Shown: positions 35,310 to 48,439 of the stretch, in pieces
Position numbering within the stretch: the first letter of the stretch is position 1
Layout of the letters: each line of letters opens with the position of its first letter
Assembly (NCBI GenBank): GCA_043228905.1
Contig: JBHGNT010000002.1
Coordinates: 14,570,001-14,634,000, forward strand
Source: Azolla caroliniana
Taxonomy: Eukaryota; Plantae; Polypodiophyta
Length of the DNA: 64,000 nucleotides
Direction: 5' to 3'
Made by a program: the position numbers and the translations under genes
The notes under the pieces: model-generated
Told to the model about the DNA's origin: nothing
The model's database searches: none
What the model saw: only the letters and a program-made list of their open reading frames with translations

Positions 35310-38300
35310 TGTTAAGTCTAGTTGTCGAATCAGGGTTAATTAGTACCTAATTATGTGATTAGTTGATAAGCGGAAGATTAAGTGATATGTGTGTGTGAGA
35401 GGGAGAGAGAGAGGAAGATACACTTATGAACAACACAAGATGGGGGATGAGTAACTATATTAAATTATCATCATCAAAATACAAAAATACCCACAATGAG
35501 GTATATATAGATCTCATGTGCAAGGGTGCATACGTGTGAGGATAATATAGGTACAAAAGTGTAAGTCCTATATTAAATGTACTTAGGAGTGGAGGATCTA
35601 GAATATCCCACTTAAGTACAAGGTCCTATTTAAGGCATTATAGTCAACACTTCTAACTAGATTCTATCTAGATAACTACAAAGTTACATGGTTGACTAAC
35701 TAACTAAACTAAGTTGAGCTTGATCTCTCAACACGCCCCCTCAAGCTCAAGTACGGGGCATCCGATGTCCGCTTTGGCTTTCGACGTTCAGATCTTCGAT
35801 TCGGTTGAATCGGCTTCGGCTTTGGATGGGCGGTATTGTTTCTTTCAGCGTCGACTTCTTTGTGGTAGTTTCGATTCCTCCCCCTCAAGCTTGTGATGAA
35901 TGTTTGTCGTGCGAAATTGGCTGACTGCTTTCACCCATTGTGGGTTACAAGCCACTTCTGTAGAGTTCTCGGCCTCTTGTTCGGCCGCTACCTTCATCGC
36001 GAAGGCGTAATGATGGGCGATATACTCATTGTAGCCAAGCCGAGTGACGGGTTCTTTTCTCTAGAAGAGCGTCGAAGTTTTTCGCTCACTGATGTGAGCG
36101 CCTTCTTTACTCCGGGTGTACACATGATGGGTACACCAAACTCACTATCTAGTGGGGGAGCTGACACATCCGAATCACTATCGTCAGGATGGTCGACTTC
36201 GTATTCGGGCATCTTACCTTTGCCTTTGTCCAAGGTCGTACTTGGTAGCAACGTGCTTAGGTCGCGTGGGGGCTCTTGTGGGCCACTAGGCCTTGCCGTA
36301 ATCGGGCTTTCTTCGAACATGTGTTCGAAGCGATCTCCATCTTCTACCTCTTGTTCAGCGGATTCCGGGTTGAGCGGAGTCAGAGTTGAAGTTGTCTCTG
36401 GTGCGTACCAGGATGTGGACTCGTTCAAGACTACGTCTTCGACTTACCCGAACTACTCGGGTAGAAGGGTTGTAGCACTTGTATGCCTTCTTCTCGGACG
36501 AGTATCCTATGAGGATACATTCCTCCGACTTCGCGTCAGGCTTCTGGCCGCTTTCGTTCGGGATGCGTACATTCGCAATGCTTTCGAACACCTTGAGGCG
36601 CGACAAGATCGGCTTCCTTCTGACGAGGAGCTCGTATGGAGTTAACTCATGCACTCCATTAGTGGTGCATCGATTCATGAGATAGACGGTCGTGGATGCC
36701 ACTTCAGCCCAATAGAAGTTCGACATGTGCTTCTCATGCATCATGGCGCGTTACCTCAAGTATTTGCCGATTCTTCCTTTCGGCTACTCCATATTGTTGG
36801 GGTGTGTGTCGGCACGAGAATTCTCTCCGAATGCCTTCACTTTGGAGGTAGGAGGTGAATTCATCGGAGAAGTACTCCTTGCCTCCATCCGATCGTAGGC
36901 ATCAAATGTGCCAACCGGTTTCTTCCTCGACTTGTCCCTTGAGCTTTTGGAAGTGGGAGAGCACTTCGCTTTTCTTCTTCATCAGGTAGATCCACGCATA
37001 GCGCGAGTAGTCATCGATGAAGGTTACGTAGTATCGGCATCTGCCGATAGTTGGCGTTTGAGTCAGTCCCCATACATCCGATTGTATGATGTCGAGGAGG
37101 CCTTTGCTTGCGAAGCTCTCCTTCGGGAATTGGAGTCGATGTTGTTTGCCGAGTTGACACGCTTCGCATACTCGGTCGACTCGTTTCAAGTCGAATGTCG
37201 AAAGTCCGATGACGACTCCCTTTGTTTGCATAGCTCAAAGTTGTTGGAGGTTTATGTGGCCAATTCTCTTGTGCCACAACTCAATGCTTGTCTCGGTTTT
37301 GAGACTTTTAGCGTACATTGCCGATTTCACCTCGTTTGAATCGAGGATGAACATTCTGTCATCTCTCCGTCCCTTGGCTATGAGTCGGCCATCTTTCTCG
37401 ATGAAGCATCCTTCGTTGTAAAAGCGGACTTGCATGCCTTGCTCCATGATTTGGCCGACAGAGACCAAATTCTTCGTTATTGTGGGCACGTGCAAGACAT
37501 TCTTGATGCAAGTTTGTTCACCTTCTTTCCCGAATGGGATGCGTGGTGTCGTCTCCCGTCTCTATGTAGCCGGTTCGATCCAGTGTACGCAAGTCATTGA
37601 ACCACTCTTTGTGGGATGTCATGTGATGTGAGGCCCCGAAATCGACGAACCACACGTCTTCCAAATTGGAGGTGCTTGCGGAGTCGGAGGCCATCATAGA
37701 GTTCGCTCTATGCCTCATTACGAATAGTCTGCCGTAGTCGTCGTATTCGGAGTTGGTGGCGTAGTTTGTGAGTTGTCGACTTGTTGAAGCCGACTCACTT
37801 CTCTTTTTCCGACACTCCGCCTCGTAATGGCCAATTTTGCCGCAATAATTGCAAGTTGCGGGCCTTGTTTGCCGACCATGTTCGGCATGGAAGCTCCCCC
37901 TTCTTCCGAAGGTTCCTCGATGGCTTCCTTGAAGGTTTGAGTTCCCTTTGTGTGATGGGTCGAATTGACCTCTTCTACCGCCGCGACCTCGTCCTCGGCC
38001 ACCATTCGAATTCGAGAAGAACATTTGTCCTTCCAACGTCTTTCTCTTGGTTCGGACATGGTTCTCTTCGACCAATAGCATTGATTGGAGGTTGAAGAAT
38101 GAAGGAGGGTTTTCTCTCGCCAAGATTGTCGTCCGTAATGGATCGAATCGTTGTGCGAGGCCACCCAAGCATACTTGAACCATCTCGTCTTCGTTGACAT
38201 TTATGTTGATGGAGCCAAGTGAGTTGCAAATGTTCTTGATCTTGGCGGTTTAGTCCAACACGGACATGTCTTTTTGTCGAATTTTATTCAACTCTTGTCG

Positions 38301-39209
38301 GAGTTGAAGCTTGTGGGCGGTCGTGTTGGCGGCGAACATCTTCTTTAAGTTCTCCCACGCCTCTTTAGGCGTCTTGGCATCTCGAATGTGGCTAAGCATG
38401 TGGTCGTGGACATATGTTGCCAAACAATACATTACCCGACTCGCTCCTTGCTCCCACTTTGGGTGTTGGCGTTTGTGATGTTAGGCTTGTTTTCGAGTGC
38501 GCTGTTAATGTAGCTCCAATACCCTTGGCCGACGAGGTATTTGGTCATCTTGTACTCCCAAGATGAATAATTGCTCCGGTCTAGCTTTTCACTAGGGAGC
38601 GAGCTACCCATTTGTGTGTTCATGTTGATTAGTGTCTTCTCTTTTTGCTTTTCTTCCTTCGATCACGTATACGTGCTATGTAGCGGCACTAGAGTAGTGG
38701 ATAGCCAGATTTTGTCGTCGGCATCTTGAACACACAATCACGGATTCGGATGAGCTTAGTGGATTTTCTAAACCACACGCTCTGATACCATGTTAAGAAT
38801 TAGGTGAGTAATTAAGCAATGGTTAATTATGTGATTAGTTGATAAGTGGAAGATTAAGTGATATGTGTGTGTGAGAGGGAGAGAGAGAGGAAGATACACT
38901 TATGAACAACACAAGATGGGGGATGAGTAACTATATTAAATTATCATCATCAAAATACAAAAATACCCACAATGAGGTATATATAGATCTCATGTGCAAG
39001 GGTGAACATGTGTGAGGATAATATAGGTACAAAAGTGTAAGTCCTATATTAAATGTACTTAGGAGTGGAGGATCTAGAATATCCCACTTAAGTACAAGGT
39101 CCTATTTAAGGCGTTATAGTCAACACTTCTAACTAGATTCTATCTAGGTAACTACGAAGTTACATGGTTGACTAACTAACTAAACTAAGTTGAGCTTGAT
39201 CTCTCAACA
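35310..39209 (-). mobile_element. Copia with both LTRs (35310-35733 and 38791-39209), gag-PR-INT, RT/RH deleted
   Basis: PBS TGGTATCAGAGC at 38779-38790 and PPT at 35734-35747. EKLDRSNY gag, CNYCGKIGHYEAEC, WFVDFGASHH and IIQSDVWG. The LTRs are near-identical except for ~40 bp. Confidence 0.9.
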
Positions 39210-39214
39210 ATCCC

Positions 39215-40160
39215 TAATCAGAAGTAAAGGCAGTTCTTCGTCTATACTCCAAGCATAGGAATGTGCCTACTACTCCAAAAGTTGGCAGCTAAAACCCTAA
39301 TTAAAGATAGGTGGCATCACACAACATACTTAACTTCTTGCACGGGTTTTGGGAGAAACTATGGATTATTGATCTCCCCCAAAAAACGAAGTCATTTTTC
39401 TGGTTGCTTAGCCATCGTGCCCTTCCAACTAGGGAATGGAACCAAACATGGACCGGACCCAACTTGCCGCTTGTGTGGTGAAGCGACTAAATCATCCCAG
39501 AATTGCTTGTGGTCTTCCGTACACACACAGGAAATATGGAAGCGAAGTTTACAGATACTAGCTCGCAACGAAGGTTATGGAGAGGTCTCATGGGTGGTGG
39601 CCCAATGGCTCACGACGGATTAGGAATCATGGTTTCTCCAATTCAACGAATTGGGCCCCTTCATGCAACTAGAGAGAGGAACTATTGGGACAACTAATTC
39701 TCCATCCTAGTTACAAACAAAGTCAATAGAGTTGAAGTCATTGTGGACCATACTTGCAAGCCTAAGAACTACCTTTGTCATGGGATCATCCAAGGGAAGC
39801 CCATACCACCAACAGAGGTAATCATGGAACTTTTGGGATCACCTCATCGCCTTCCTTCGTGAGTCATATGAAGATATTGAAGGCAAAATGGACTCAACAT
39901 CAAAGGCACGGGCAACCTTCCTTTTGAAATAGAGTGGAAAACCGATGTTGCGATTGCAATGTGGCAATATACAATGGTGCTATCGCCCACCGAAATGGCT
40001 CTTCCCTCCGAGGACTCCCCCCATGCAACATCCCCCCACCGTCCCTGGCCTGTAGAAGGATCCCTCTAGGCTTCACGTTTTTCGAGTTAATTGAAGTCAG
40101 GGAGCTCTATATGAGGCCTGGCCCTTGTACATATCATATCTCTTATATTTCTTCCTAACT
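39215..40160 (+). mobile_element. Degenerate L1-like LINE 3' fragment (zf-RVT region)
   Basis: FWEKLW..., CRLCGEATKSSQNCLWS and QEIWK resemble the L1 ORF2 zinc-binding region. Many disruptions. Confidence 0.6.
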
Positions 40161-40202
40161 AATGGGTAGCATATTTTTGTTGGAAAAAAAACTAGTTAGG
40201 TA

Positions 40203-40236
<34 letters not shown>

Positions 40237-41041
40237 AAAGACATTCAGGATTATGAGTATCTATTGATTCAAAACCAACAGGGAAATAATAACAGTATTA
40301 CAATTTGATACAATGTTCTACCTTTGATCCATAGTTGTTAAAAATGTGCATTTTATCTTTAGGATACGTTTTAGATACTCTTAAGTATTCTACACGTATT
40401 CTACATTTTAGAATTGTCATTTTATAATATTTCACATTTTCTACATACCATAACCATTTGGCGTATTAACAACTATTTAACACTTCCAAAAAGCTAAAAA
40501 GATTTAAAAAACTCTTTTTTTAACTTTGAATTTTAAGGAGTATTTAATGTATTTTACAAGTATTCTATATATTTAATGTATTCTACACATAATTAACGTA
40601 TTTTATCTATAAAATGAGTATATGTATTTTTTTAAAACAATAGAATACTTAGCATACATAACCTATGCATATTGCATATTGCATATTAATTATTGTACAA
40701 CAATGCTTTGATCACATTTTTTATTATGCTTTCTACACCCAATATTTGCACAAATTTCTCTCACAAGCATAGTGTACATTTTCAATTGTGACATTCATGA
40801 GTAACATTCTAGAACATCAAGAGTGGGTACTAACTTTCAAATGATTTTGGTCTCATAGTTCCTATTTGACCTTAGAAGACGATAATAAAAAAATTCTATT
40901 CATCTCTCTTTGTCTTTGTTGGTGTTTGATCTTTCAACATATTAAAGAAGAATAATGGAAACCAACTTTCAACACATGCACTTATTTATTTTATTTTCTA
41001 TTTATGATCATCTACAACTTCCATCATTGGAATTTGTTGTT

Positions 41042-41655
41042 GATGATGATCAATGGAAGGCAAATGATTAAGTGCATGAATAGAAAGGTGGTTTCCATAG
41101 CTAGGTAAACGCCTTGCATGCGTAGAAAGGTGGTTCCTAGTGTTAAGCTATTGGATCTCCCCTGAAAGTCAAATGCAAAATTCTAGCCTTTGTTTCCATC
41201 ACAAAAAGCCACAAAATCAAAGTAGGTTTGATACGTACAATGTATGAAGATCATGGCACCCTTAACCCAACAACAATAGGTTAATTCTAAGTTCTAACAC
41301 ATCCTCTACAATATTTACACCAACATTCCATATCTTAGAAGTAGTGGCGAAGTGAAGGGGTGAAGGGGGATATCCCATACTGGAGTGAAAGGGGGAGATT
41401 GTTGGGAAATCGGTCTCTCCGGATGGGATCCGGTGATGAATAAAGAGGACCCGATGAGAACCAGAAGAGATCCGGAAACCGAAGGAGACCTGGTGAGAAC
41501 CGGAAGAGAAGACATATCTGTAAATATGTTTTGAGTAAGCCTATTGAGGCTATATTTGTAAATAGCCCTAAGTTCGTATAAGTATAAATATGAGTTATGG
41601 CAATCATTTTGTTACATGATTGTCATATGGTTGTATGTGCATAACTACTGTATAG

Positions 41656-41702
<47 letters not shown>

Positions 41703-43710
41703 AAGAGAGTAGCTACGAGCACTCTCTGTTATAACCGTCGTCTAGCGAAGATCGCGAGCATGAGGTCATTGCCTCTGTGCCTCCACTTTGTATTTCCTCT
41801 CATATAGTGATAGTTGGAGTCCGTGGGCTCCCGTGGTTTTTCCCTATTAGGTTTTTCCACGTAAACATCCTGTGTCATTTCTGTGTACTCTCTCGTTTAT
41901 TCCCATTTCTGTGATTCAAGGCTCGGTTGTGGCCGAGCGATATTCTGCGTTATTCTTCACACGATTGGCCTAGTGATGCATTGGATCGCCAATCCACCTT
42001 CGGTTACATGTTTTCTCTTGGTAGCACGGTTGTTGCGTGGAGCAGCAAAAAGCAACCAACAATGACTCTGTCGAGCATTGAGGCTAAATACCGGGGCGCT
42101 ATCATTGCCACTTGTGAAGCCATCTGGCTTCGGTGACTGGTACATGACCTGCGGATCGAGGTGCCGACCCCGATCCCGATCCACTATGACAACATGAGCA
42201 ACATACAGCTTGCCAAGAACCCAGTGTTCCATGCTCGGACAAAGCACATAGAAGTGCATTATCACTTTGTTCGTGAGCGGGTCCTGAGTGGTGAAGTTGA
42301 ACTTCGGTATGTTCACACGGATCGGCAGGTTTCGGAGATGCTCGGCATTCAACATCTTGATGTGCCGCACTTGAGGGGGAGAACAGGAACGGGAACGAAT
42401 GGCACCGGACAAGGACCCGGAGAGGAAGAAAGAACCAAAGGGGGAGATGAGCAAATAAAGGAAGCCAAACCGAACGAAGGAGTCGGCACATCCAAACAAG
42501 TCGAAGCTAGCGGCGGCGGCAGCAGAGTCAAGAAGGATAGAGCCAACCGGAAGAAGGACAAGACCCGGATGTTGACCGATGTGGTGAAGGGCCTAAAAAC
42601 GGAAGACAAGTTGGAGACTACCAACTCGGACAAGAGTTGGAACGAAACGGAGGAAGCCGAATCGGTTCAAGATTTTGAGATGCCGGATCGACTAAGGGCC
42701 AAGCGGACGAGAAGGCAGCGGAAGTCAACACCGACACGAAGGAGTCGACGGGTCGACAAGCTCAGGAGTCGTAGCAGCGAGGGTGCTGAAATGGGCCTAT
42801 TGTGCAGACAAGCCAACCGAGTAGATCAAGGTGCACAGAACCAAAAGGGTCACAGCAAACGAGACCACACCGGACAAGGAGCGCGAGCAAGGCGGAACAA
42901 TACCAGAAGGAGCCAGGCGGAAGGACCGGCTGCCACAAACACTAACACCACAATCCGACCTCAAGTTGAGCTTGAGGGGGAGTGTTGAGCGAGCAAGCTC
43001 AACCGGATCCGGATCGGCTGAATAAGCCAGAGCCGGATCGGCATCTGGAAGGAAGAGCCAGATCGGGGAGACGGATTGGAGAGTCGGATTTGAGTGCGAA
43101 CCTTGGAAGCCTAGTAGTAGCCTAGACTACTAGGTAATCATTGTCTCGTAGTTAGTGCCAGTCGCTTGTATGAGCATTGAAGTACATAGTACTTCTATCA
43201 GTCCTTTTGAGGACTTGTATAAATAGTGTTGTTTAGCAAGCTGTATAAATATATATAGAGAGTTTATGTTCTACTCTCTCTCTCTCGGTCTCTCCTACGC
43301 GCATTCTCCATGTTAAGTTCTCCATTAAACATTTTCTCATTTTCTGTTGCTATCCAGCTGAGCCGGTTTGTCAAATGCTTCCACACGCTAACTTTCATAG
43401 ATGATGATCAATGGAAGGCAAATGATTAAGTGCATGAATAGAAAGGTGGTTTCCATAGCTAGGTAAACGCCTTGCATGCGTAGAAAGGTGGTTCCTAGTG
43501 TTAAGCTATTGGATCTCCCTCGAAAGTCAAATGCAAAATGCTATCCTTTGTTTCCATCACAAAGAGCCACAAAATCAAAGTAGGTTTGATATGTACGATG
43601 TATGAAGATCATGGCACCTTTAACCCAACAACAATAGGTTAATTCTAAGTTCTAACACATCCTCTACAATATTTACACCTACATTCCATATCTTAGAAGT
43701 AGTGGCGAAG
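41042..43710 (+). repeat. 311-bp direct duplication (41042-41352 and 43400-43710) flanking a copia cassette
   Basis: GATGATGATCAATGGAAGG...AGTAGTGGCGAAG at both positions, with roughly ten differences by eye. Confidence 0.93.
41353..43399 (+). mobile_element. Chimeric copia cassette: family 1 PPT and LTR (41400-41961), family 2 RH with extension, family 2 LTR (42983-43399)
   Basis: The LTRs match 14564-15071 and 16278/25019. RH has KNPVFHARTKHIEVHYHFVRE. Confidence 0.87.
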
Positions 43711-46406
43711 CTTATCGAGGCTCCCATATGAGTTATTGCGCTTACGCATTCTAATAACCATCACGATGTCATGATTGAACTTAGTGGTCTTGAAACATGG
43801 CTCAATTTTTAAGCAAAAGGTTCATTTTCAATGGATTTGGTGTTAGGAGAGGTGGAGAAATCCCAATAGAAAGGTTGAACTTGATGCATTTAGTAAAAAA
43901 GGGTGTTGTATCCCTAGGTTATTCCTTAATTAATTAGATATGAAGAGATGTAACTGTAACTCTTCAAGTTAAACCACATGAATATTTATCAAGGAGCAGA
44001 AGTCTCACTTTGAAGAGACGTTCTAAGATCTTTTATAAGTATAAAACCTATAATCAAGTTTTGTAATAACGATTTCACTAATATAACACATATTATTTTG
44101 CTGAATATAATATTCTTATTTATATTCATAACCATATATTTTAGATATGTAATCACAACTATGTTATCATAGAGTTTGTGTCTACTCAACTTTGTTACCT
44201 ATAAGATGGTCTAATAATGACAAACTGTACTTCATAACTAGATTGTGATAGAGTTTGTATTTTACTCAACTTTGTTAGCCCATAATATGATCTAATCACG
44301 AAGAACGGGCTAATGTCTTTGATTATTTCTAAAACCTAGATAATGTAACAATTCAAGTTATGAGTACCTTTAACTTCCATTCTTTAAAATGAAGGACTTC
44401 CGTGCCCCATGAACCATTCACCAAATGTACATTGTTCTTAAAATACCTTTTGCACAACTATATTCAAAGGTGTTAATATCTTATGGAAATTTTTATAAAT
44501 TTAATTTTTTTTCTCACATATTACATCTATCAATTAAGGTTCTGGAAAATGTGGATAATTTTTTACATGATTATTTATTCAATGTGTGTAATTTTTTTGT
44601 AGAAGAGTTGGTACATTTTTTTATACATGCATGCTTCATTGTATAAGACTATGGTTGGTAATACAATATGTATTGTTAATAGTTGGTACATTATATACAC
44701 ACATGCATGCCCCATCTTATAAGACTATGGTTAGTATTGTTGATAAAGTGATACCGGAGAAAGCAAGAAAGAGATGAATGAGCAAAGACTTCCTTAATAC
44801 TTGTTTTATGTGCATGCTTGCAAAGACACTAGGCCTAGATGTGCTTTTCTTATAGATTTCTTTATTTTTTCCAAAAAAGATGTGCTTTTTGTTAGTTTTC
44901 CTTATTCACATGCCTTTTCCCATCACAATAAGGTTATTCTACCTCATGCCTATATACGAAAAAGTTATGTTCACACACCCATAAGTTTCCACTGTTAACA
45001 ATGGCGTAAACAAGGAGCCCTTAAACAGATTTATTAGATTTTTTGCATCCATGGTTTATTGGTATTATCTAAAATGCAAGAACAAGTGGGTGGCTCCTTT
45101 TTTCCATAAAATCATAGCATGGAACCCACTATGTACTAATGTGCCCAGATTGTGGGTAAACCAACTATGAGGGAATAACTAAACATGAATACATAATCTG
45201 GTGAATAAGTTTTGGAGCAACTAGCTATGCAATTGAGGGTGAAATGGTTTAGGTTGATCTACAAACAATGCAACACACAAATGTAAAGCAAGGGTTTTCA
45301 ATGATGAATACATAAGCTACCCATGTGCAAAAGTAACAAGAACAACCCAAGCTTGACCTATCTCAGAGAAGACTCAAGAGCGTGCCAATGAATCATTAGC
45401 ATAAGATGCTCACTATGATTGCACGGGAAGTGGCATTGAGGATAATATATATACACAAAGACACAACGCAACATTGTAATACATGCACAATGCTAAGTAA
45501 GTAAGAAAGCATACTTGATGACAATGGACATATTGTTACCTTCTAAAACTGAATTAGGAGAGTATATCGGTTACCTATCATATGGATTAAAATTTGGGAC
45601 CATCCGTTGAGGTTTAAAATACAAACATGTGGAGTTAATATGTATCACATCATATTAAAAAATGGGACCAATGATTGGGGTTTAAAATACATAATGCCCT
45701 TGAATATGATTAGGAGGCATCACCTTTCTAAGTTTGCATTATTGTCTTGTGCTATCCTTCACCCAAGATTACTTTTGTAAACATCTTACAGTTTGTTGTA
45801 ATAAAATAAGGTATTTGAAACCCCCATCCCCTGAATAAGGTGCAACATATGTAGTTATTGTGGATACACTACAGGCATACCCTATGATGCTCCCACGATG
45901 TGGTTTGAAAGTCCACGATGTTTACTTTCTTAAGAAGACTTTACGCATTCACATATGGATAGAGGAATATTAACCGGATCGAAGAAAGCATAGAGTATCA
46001 CACATTCTCATATCGATGGATAGAGGTGATATTAAGCGAACTCCCCTCCTCCGGAGGCCCCCCACCCCCCATTTATGAAGAAAGAGACATGAAACAAAAA
46101 AAAGCAAGAGATGAGGCAATCCATTATGCATGGAGGTCCCCCATATTATGATGCTCTTGCTCCACAAATTGTGTCATGTCTTACCCATGCTTTTTTGGCG
46201 CCCCCTGTTTTTTTACTTTCTCTTTCTTTTATGGTTTCTTTGCAGTTGTATGTAGTGGGCTTTATTATTTATTTATTTATGTCTTTTAAGGTTAGTTTGT
46301 TGGAGGTCTGGTCCTGACTGTGTGAGTGAGTTCAAAATTAATCCAAACTGACCCCAAAGTTAGGGTTTACTTACAAGCAATACATACAACATACTTAGAC
46401 ATAATA

Positions 46407-47636
46407 ATGCCCAAACGACGCGTCACAAGTTGCTTGAGAATGCTGGGTATGAGTATGAGTACGAGTATGAGGAGCATTGCCTCTGACATCAAATCCATGA
46501 AGACAAGAAGACCTCCTCATCTTCTTCATCATCTTCATCTTCTTCTTCCCCCTTCCCCCTTCTCTTCCTCCTCCCCTGCTTCTCCTTTATTCCTTTCCTC
46601 TAACAACAACTCCACTGTTCTTCATGATGATCCTGCTGCCATTCATGGATTCAACGCCATTTCTCACTATTCCCCTAAGCGAAACCCTATTTCTGAGAAA
46701 CCCACTTCAGGAATTCCCAACCCTGCGAAAACCACTTCAGAAACCCCCAGAGCTGAGGGAATCACTTCACAAAAACCTGAAGCTGAGGATACCATTTCAG
46801 GAAACCCTGATTCTCAGATACTCACTTCACCACGAAACTCTACTTCTAAGAAAGCCTCCTCACCAAACCTTAATTCAGAAACACCCACTCCACCAAACCT
46901 TAATTCCGAGAAACCCACTTCACAACACGCTATTCCTCTTACAACACCCGACAACAATGGGCAAAGCCACATGTCCACCTCTGCCTTCACTGAAACAGGG
47001 GAGCCTTTATCGTCATCATCCCCACTACTGTGGACGCCCCTTCTTTTGGGTCTTCTACTATGGACATTCCTTCTGCTCACTGGCAAGGGGATAGCTGTAA
47101 GCATCACCATAGCGACCCACCTAGCTCATATTCACATCTTAAACCTTAGATCAATGCAGAAGAAGAAGAAGGAGAAGGAGAAGGAGAAGATTAAACGTCA
47201 GGGTCAATCCATGGCTATAAACCAAGATACGAATGTGTTTCATGGAAGTGATCAAATACGGAGTCAATATTGGAACAGGGTAGGAGGGCTCACAACAGGA
47301 TCTCATTCGTCTGGCTCTCTTCGCATACCAAGTTCAAGTCTAAATCATCCTCCTCTTCATGATTCATGTTTGTGTTTGAAATTGTCATTAGGGATTATTA
47401 ATCCATTGCACATCAGCTCTGTGGTTACAGAGAAAGACAAGGTTCTTCAAACAAAGACCTACTCCAATATTAGCTCTAAAACAATCACATTTACACCGAC
47501 ACTTAAGCTTCAGCTAATGATGTTAATGGCCTTAGTCGGGCTCTTCCATGGAAAGATGATAGCCATGTGTGTGGCCCCTTGCTGCATTTTACTGATCTCA
47601 ATGTGCTCAAAACTGTTTTACAAAATGATTCACTAG
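46407..47636 (+). CDS. Single-exon predicted membrane protein, possibly At5g23160/ZCF37-like
   Basis: Long uninterrupted ORF in AT-rich DNA with a basic N-terminus followed by SCL and an S/P/T-rich linker. Two hydrophobic segments each end in GK..A, resembling the family's G[RK]xxA TM motif as I recall it. Confidence 0.65.
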   Translation: MPKRRVTSCLRMLGMSMSTSMRSIASDIKSMKTRRPPHLLHHLHLLLPPSPFSSSSPASPLFLSSNNNSTVLHDDPAAIHGFNAISHYSPKRNPISEKPTSGIPNPAKTTSETPRAEGITSQKPEAEDTISGNPDSQILTSPRNSTSKKASSPNLNSETPTPPNLNSEKPTSQHAIPLTTPDNNGQSHMSTSAFTETGEPLSSSSPLLWTPLLLGLLLWTFLLLTGKGIAVSITIATHLAHIHILNLRSMQKKKKEKEKEKIKRQGQSMAINQDTNVFHGSDQIRSQYWNRVGGLTTGSHSSGSLRIPSSSLNHPPLHDSCLCLKLSLGIINPLHISSVVTEKDKVLQTKTYSNISSKTITFTPTLKLQLMMLMALVGLFHGKMIAMCVAPCCILLISMCSKLFYKMIH

Positions 47637-48439
47637 ATTTTTATTTACATTATCAAGTACATACTTTAATGAGGATCAATCATGTCTCTAGGTAATATAT
47701 GTAAAGCTATCCCCTAAAACCTAGTTAGTGTATATTACATATAATGGTGTGAGGGACAGACACTCATCGACGTTAGAATGTAATGTATGCAAAAGAAGTG
47801 GACGATCTAATTGGAGAGTTTTTCTTGGGGAGGCCACATGAATCTCATGAAGTTTTAAGGAGCCACATGACATACATACATACCTATGTATTTATTTATT
47901 AAGCAGACTTGAATTACTATGTCCAAGGAAGCATTATTAGATTGAAGCAAATGAGTGGAAATCTTCATGGTGCAAGGAACAAGAATTAGGCCATCATGCT
48001 TGGACATTTGATATTTTAGAATTTCAATAACGTAAGCTTCCCGTGATGTAGGTTACACGCGCTCTCTTCCCTTGAAGATGATAATCTCACTCATTTACTA
48101 CATTCATGAATCTTTAACGATCCCATACAAAAGAAAGCTTGATATCAGTATAATGCACTTCCATTACCCAAGGTTAATTTTTGTTGATCCTCTATTAACA
48201 TCACGTCATTTGAGGGGAATTGATTGTTTATGTCTCCATGTTTATATAAATGATGATATACAATGGAAATGCAACATGTTGGAGATGGAAAACGAATGCA
48301 CTTTGGGAGTCCAATGGTTTACAATATGGGGCTCATTTGATGTTTTGTCGCATCTACACATCGTACCATACAACCAAAATGTTGGTTCTATGTGTTGAGA
48401 AAGCACATCAAAACATTTTATTTATGTGTTGTGGGCATT

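Noticed and set aside
46326-46406. ORF-track start of the 436-aa ORF
   Set aside because: GTG start; the first in-frame ATG is at 46407.
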